A stretch of DNA of 25,378 nucleotides, taken from NCBI RefSeq assembly GCF_004010195.1, contig NC_057760.1, positions 3,621,907 to 3,647,284 of the forward strand, given 5' to 3'. The notes beneath the pieces are model-generated. The model did no database searches. It was not told the origin of the DNA and saw only the letters and a program-made list of their open reading frames with translations. Made by a program: the position numbers and the translations under genes. Positions 22,507-25,378 of this stretch are shown here, one piece after another (within the stretch, counting starts at the first letter, position 1; every line of letters begins with the position of its first letter). The DNA is from Chiloscyllium plagiosum. Its lineage: Eukaryota.

Positions 22507-22932
22507 ATAGGTAGTTGAAGGTGAGGCTGAAAGTGATTGGTCGGAGAGACGGGTGAACCAATTGATGGGAAGGAAGATGAACACATAGGAACGTTCAAAA
22601 GGGGGGACGGGGACGGTGCTGAGTTGGAAGATTGGGCTAGGATAAGGTGGAGTTAGGGGAAATAGGGAAACTGGTGAAATCTACATTCATCCCCTGTGGT
22701 TGGAGGGTCCCAAGGTAGAGGGTCCCATGCTTCGGGTGGTTAGGGTTTGTCGATGGAGGAGGTCCAGGACTCTCATGTCCTTGGCAGAGTGGAAAGGGGA
22801 GTTAAAGTGTTTCAGCCACAAGGCGGTGGAGTTGGTCAATGTGACTGTCCCAGATATCTTCTCTGAAATGATCCACTTGTCTCGCCAATGTAGATAAGAC
22901 CACACTGGGTTTAATGAATGCAGTAGATGAGG
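22507..22932 (-). mobile_element. Penelope-like retroelement fragment with GIY-YIG endonuclease remnant and start of 3' UTR
   Basis: Minus translation LIYCIH*TQCGLIYIGETS (22932 to ~22875), then HFNSPFHSAKDMRVL and LGTLQPQGMNVDF, the C-terminus typical of vertebrate PLE ORFs. Confidence 0.85.
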
Positions 22933-22934
22933 CG

Positions 22935-23186
22935 TTCTGTCTCTCTTTCACACCTATCACTTTCACCCTCACCTTCATCTACCTATCGCATTCCTAGATA
23001 CCTCCCTCCTGCCACACCCCCTTCTCACTTACCTCTCAGCCCCCTTGACCCATAAGCCTCATTCCTGATGAAGGGCTTATGCCCAAAACGTCAATTCTGC
23101 TGCTCCTAGTATGCTGCCTGACTGTGCTTTTCCAGCACCATGCTCTTCGATACTGATCTCCAGCATCTGTAGTCCACACTTTCTCC
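22935..23186 (+). mobile_element. Penelope-like 3' UTR/pLTR with mutated hammerhead-like motif (copy 3)
   Basis: Pyrimidine-rich UTR, then CTGATGA (23065-23071), GGGCTTATGCCC and AAAACGTC (GAAA mutated to AAAA). Same tail as 107-203. Confidence 0.8.
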
Positions 23187-23829
23187 TCACACCTACAGGG
23201 TTTGCATGATTCAGATTTATAAAGGTTACTTCAAATAAAACAAAAACTATCGTGTACTCAAACAGCATAAAAGAAAACCAATGCATTGTGGTCACTGTTC
23301 CCAAAAGGTCCTTTATAGCAAAACGTTTAATTAGATCTTCTAATCATCCAACACCAATTACTAAATAACCTGGCAAAATGTTAATGCAAGCCATCTAACA
23401 CATGCTCATGAAATCCATTATTCCCAGCATTAGCTTTCAGTTGGGTTAACACAGTTTAGCTATAATGTAAAGACTACATTATTACTGCAGTAGCCACAAG
23501 TGTCTATATCTCATTTTCCTGTTTTATAACCTGCCCAACATTTGCATTGCAGCATTCACGTTGATATATAACTCCCATCAATGTTTGCTCCTCCTTGCTG
23601 TTATTACGCTCCACCTTACAAGATTCTGTAGAATCTGAGCGAAGTGGGCTTTGGGAAGATTAATGGTAGAGATCATCTCGCCACATCATTTATGTTCTTC
23701 TTAAGCATCATTGTGACATTTTCTCCAGATCTCCCGTTATGCTAATGCAGTAGAGAAATACAATGATCGTTCACCAATGCTCTGTATTTCCCCCAGAGAG
23801 CTGAGACAGCTCTAACTCGGGTGGGAACC

Positions 23830-24090
23830 TTACAGCAGGGTGATAAAGCATTGCTGCTGCTGTACGGGATCTTAGTGAGATCAATCTGGAGTAGTGTGTA
23901 CAGATTTAGTCTCTTCAATGAAGAAAGGATGTTGTTATATTGGAAGCAGCTCACAGATGGTCCCCTCAACTGATTCCTGCAATGAAGGTGCTCGCTTATA
24001 ATCAGGTGATTATATAAAGGATGATCAGGTTGATCAAATAGCCATTGGAGTTTACAAAAAATGAAAGAAGATCTTATTTCAACATAGATT
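23830..24090 (+). mobile_element. Decayed CR1 ORF2 C-terminal fragment
   Basis: CTGTACGGGATCTTAGTGAGATCAATCTGGAGTAGTGTGTACAG resembles LY..LVR..LEYCVQ, followed by KDV..LEA. Confidence 0.6.
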
Positions 24091-24860
24091 ACAGGAAGGA
24101 GTCAACAACTGAAGAGAATTACACAGATAATGGAGGAATCCATTCTGTTCACCAGCCTGTTACACAGGAACAACAGAAGGATATTCAGGCCTTTGACCCT
24201 GTTACACCAGAATACAATGAGGCTATTCAGCCCCTGGAGCCTGATGTATATTTACAGGAGGAGGGAAATAAGCCCCTCGAATCTATAACACTGGACCCAG
24301 AGTCAGCCATGCAGCACCAGTGTCCAGTTACACAGCAACAGGATCAGTCCATTCAGCCACCTCAAGTCCGTAACATAGGAACTGGAAGCGGTCACACAGT
24401 GACTGGAGATTTGTTACACTGGGATAACAGGAGGCCATTCAGACCCAGCGAGCCTGTTACAAAGGAATTGGAGAAGGATAAAAATTGTGTGAGACTTATT
24501 TCATGAGAAAGGAGGAGATAATTCAGTCTGTTGTATGGGAACAAGATAAGACCAATCGCTCCCTTGGTCCCATCTCTGGGATACATGAGGAGACCGTTCA
24601 GTATGTCCACCGATTATGGAGAAATATGACAAGACCCATCAGCCCCTCAAAATGTTACACAGCAGCGGGAACATTCCATAATCCCCCACCCCTCTAACGC
24701 ATCAACAGGAGGAGGTCATTCTGGCCTTGGAGATGACAACATGGGAACACTAGAAAGACTTCATCTCATCAATGTTGTACACCAGTAGGATGATGAGTCC
24801 ATTCAGCCACACATGCCTCTTACACAGCAATTGGAGCAGATTTATTAAAACCTATTGCCC
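24090..24860. repeat. Heavily decayed 42-bp tandem repeat
   Basis: Recurring GTTACACAG(G/C)AACAGGAGGAGGCCATTCAGCCCCT.GAGCCT motif with period 42 (24159 to 24201). Confidence 0.75.
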
Positions 24861-24949
24861 ATTAAACAGGATTTCAAAGAAAACGTGAAGATTTTTGAAA
24901 GGGAAGAACTTATAATGACGGAATACATTATGGAGTTAAATGTAACAAT

Positions 24950-25378
24950 AATCTGTTGTAATTTAAGGCAAATTATTAGACTCCATTGTTGAGGATATTT
25001 GCAAACTTAAACCACCAACTATCCGAGTCAACATGGTTTTTCAAAGGACAAATCAAGTTTGAAGTGTTTTCTTGAATTATTTAAAGATCTGATAGACAAG
25101 GTGGATGGAATCGTGGAGATGGAATATTTCTCGTCTTCCAGAAGGCATTGGACGTGTCGCTTCTCCAAAGAGTAAATGGTAAGATCAGACAACATGGGTT
25201 TAGGAGTAATTTATTAGCTTGAATAGAGGATTGGTTAACCAACAAAACGCAGTCAGATGAATTAAATGTGTCATTTTCTTTTGGAAAATGCAATTTGTTG
25301 GGGTGACATAGATTTCAGTTCTCATGCCTCAACCATTTGTGATCGATATTATTACTCGGTTGACGGGATAGAAAATAC
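24950..25378 (+). mobile_element. Decayed CR1 RT fragment, running off the window end
   Basis: AGTCAACATGGTTTT (SQHGF), TTCCAGAAGGCATTGGAC (FQKA.D), AAGATCAGACAACATGGGTTTAGG and IEDWLTNK motifs. Confidence 0.75.

Noticed and set aside
24045..24506. 153-aa Q/E/P-rich ORF
   Set aside because: Translation of a decayed 42-bp satellite plus CR1 remnant; non-ATG start and no recognisable domain.

Overview
Vertebrate genomic DNA, very probably a shark (inferred from the repeat content: HE1-like V-SINEs, a Deu-domain SacSINE1-like SINE, many CR1 LINEs and Penelope-like fragments). The only host coding sequence I can support is three consecutive + strand internal exons (2373-2482, 4461-4546, 10511-10625). 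They have GT-AG boundaries and compatible phases, and encode the beta-propeller segment just before the I-domain of a collagen-binding integrin alpha chain, best resembling ITGA10. The rest is intron or repeat DNA. It holds four tandem arrays (~71 bp, 17/24 bp, 30 bp and a decayed 42 bp), many decayed LINE fragments (one with a 570-bp internal tandem duplication), three Penelope-like 3'-end fragments carrying minimal hammerhead-ribozyme-like motifs, and a 500-N assembly gap at 15001-15500. The long ORFs in the track come from minisatellites, the gap or LINE remnants. The most unusual observations are: (i) a minisatellite built from an exon's own 5' splice site, giving about 28 tandem GTAAG donors; (ii) a ~104-bp hammerhead-motif mini-element with an apparent TSD inside a LINE; (iii) a 5'-inverted architecture in two Penelope-like copies. 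I found no convincing novel multi-gene system.
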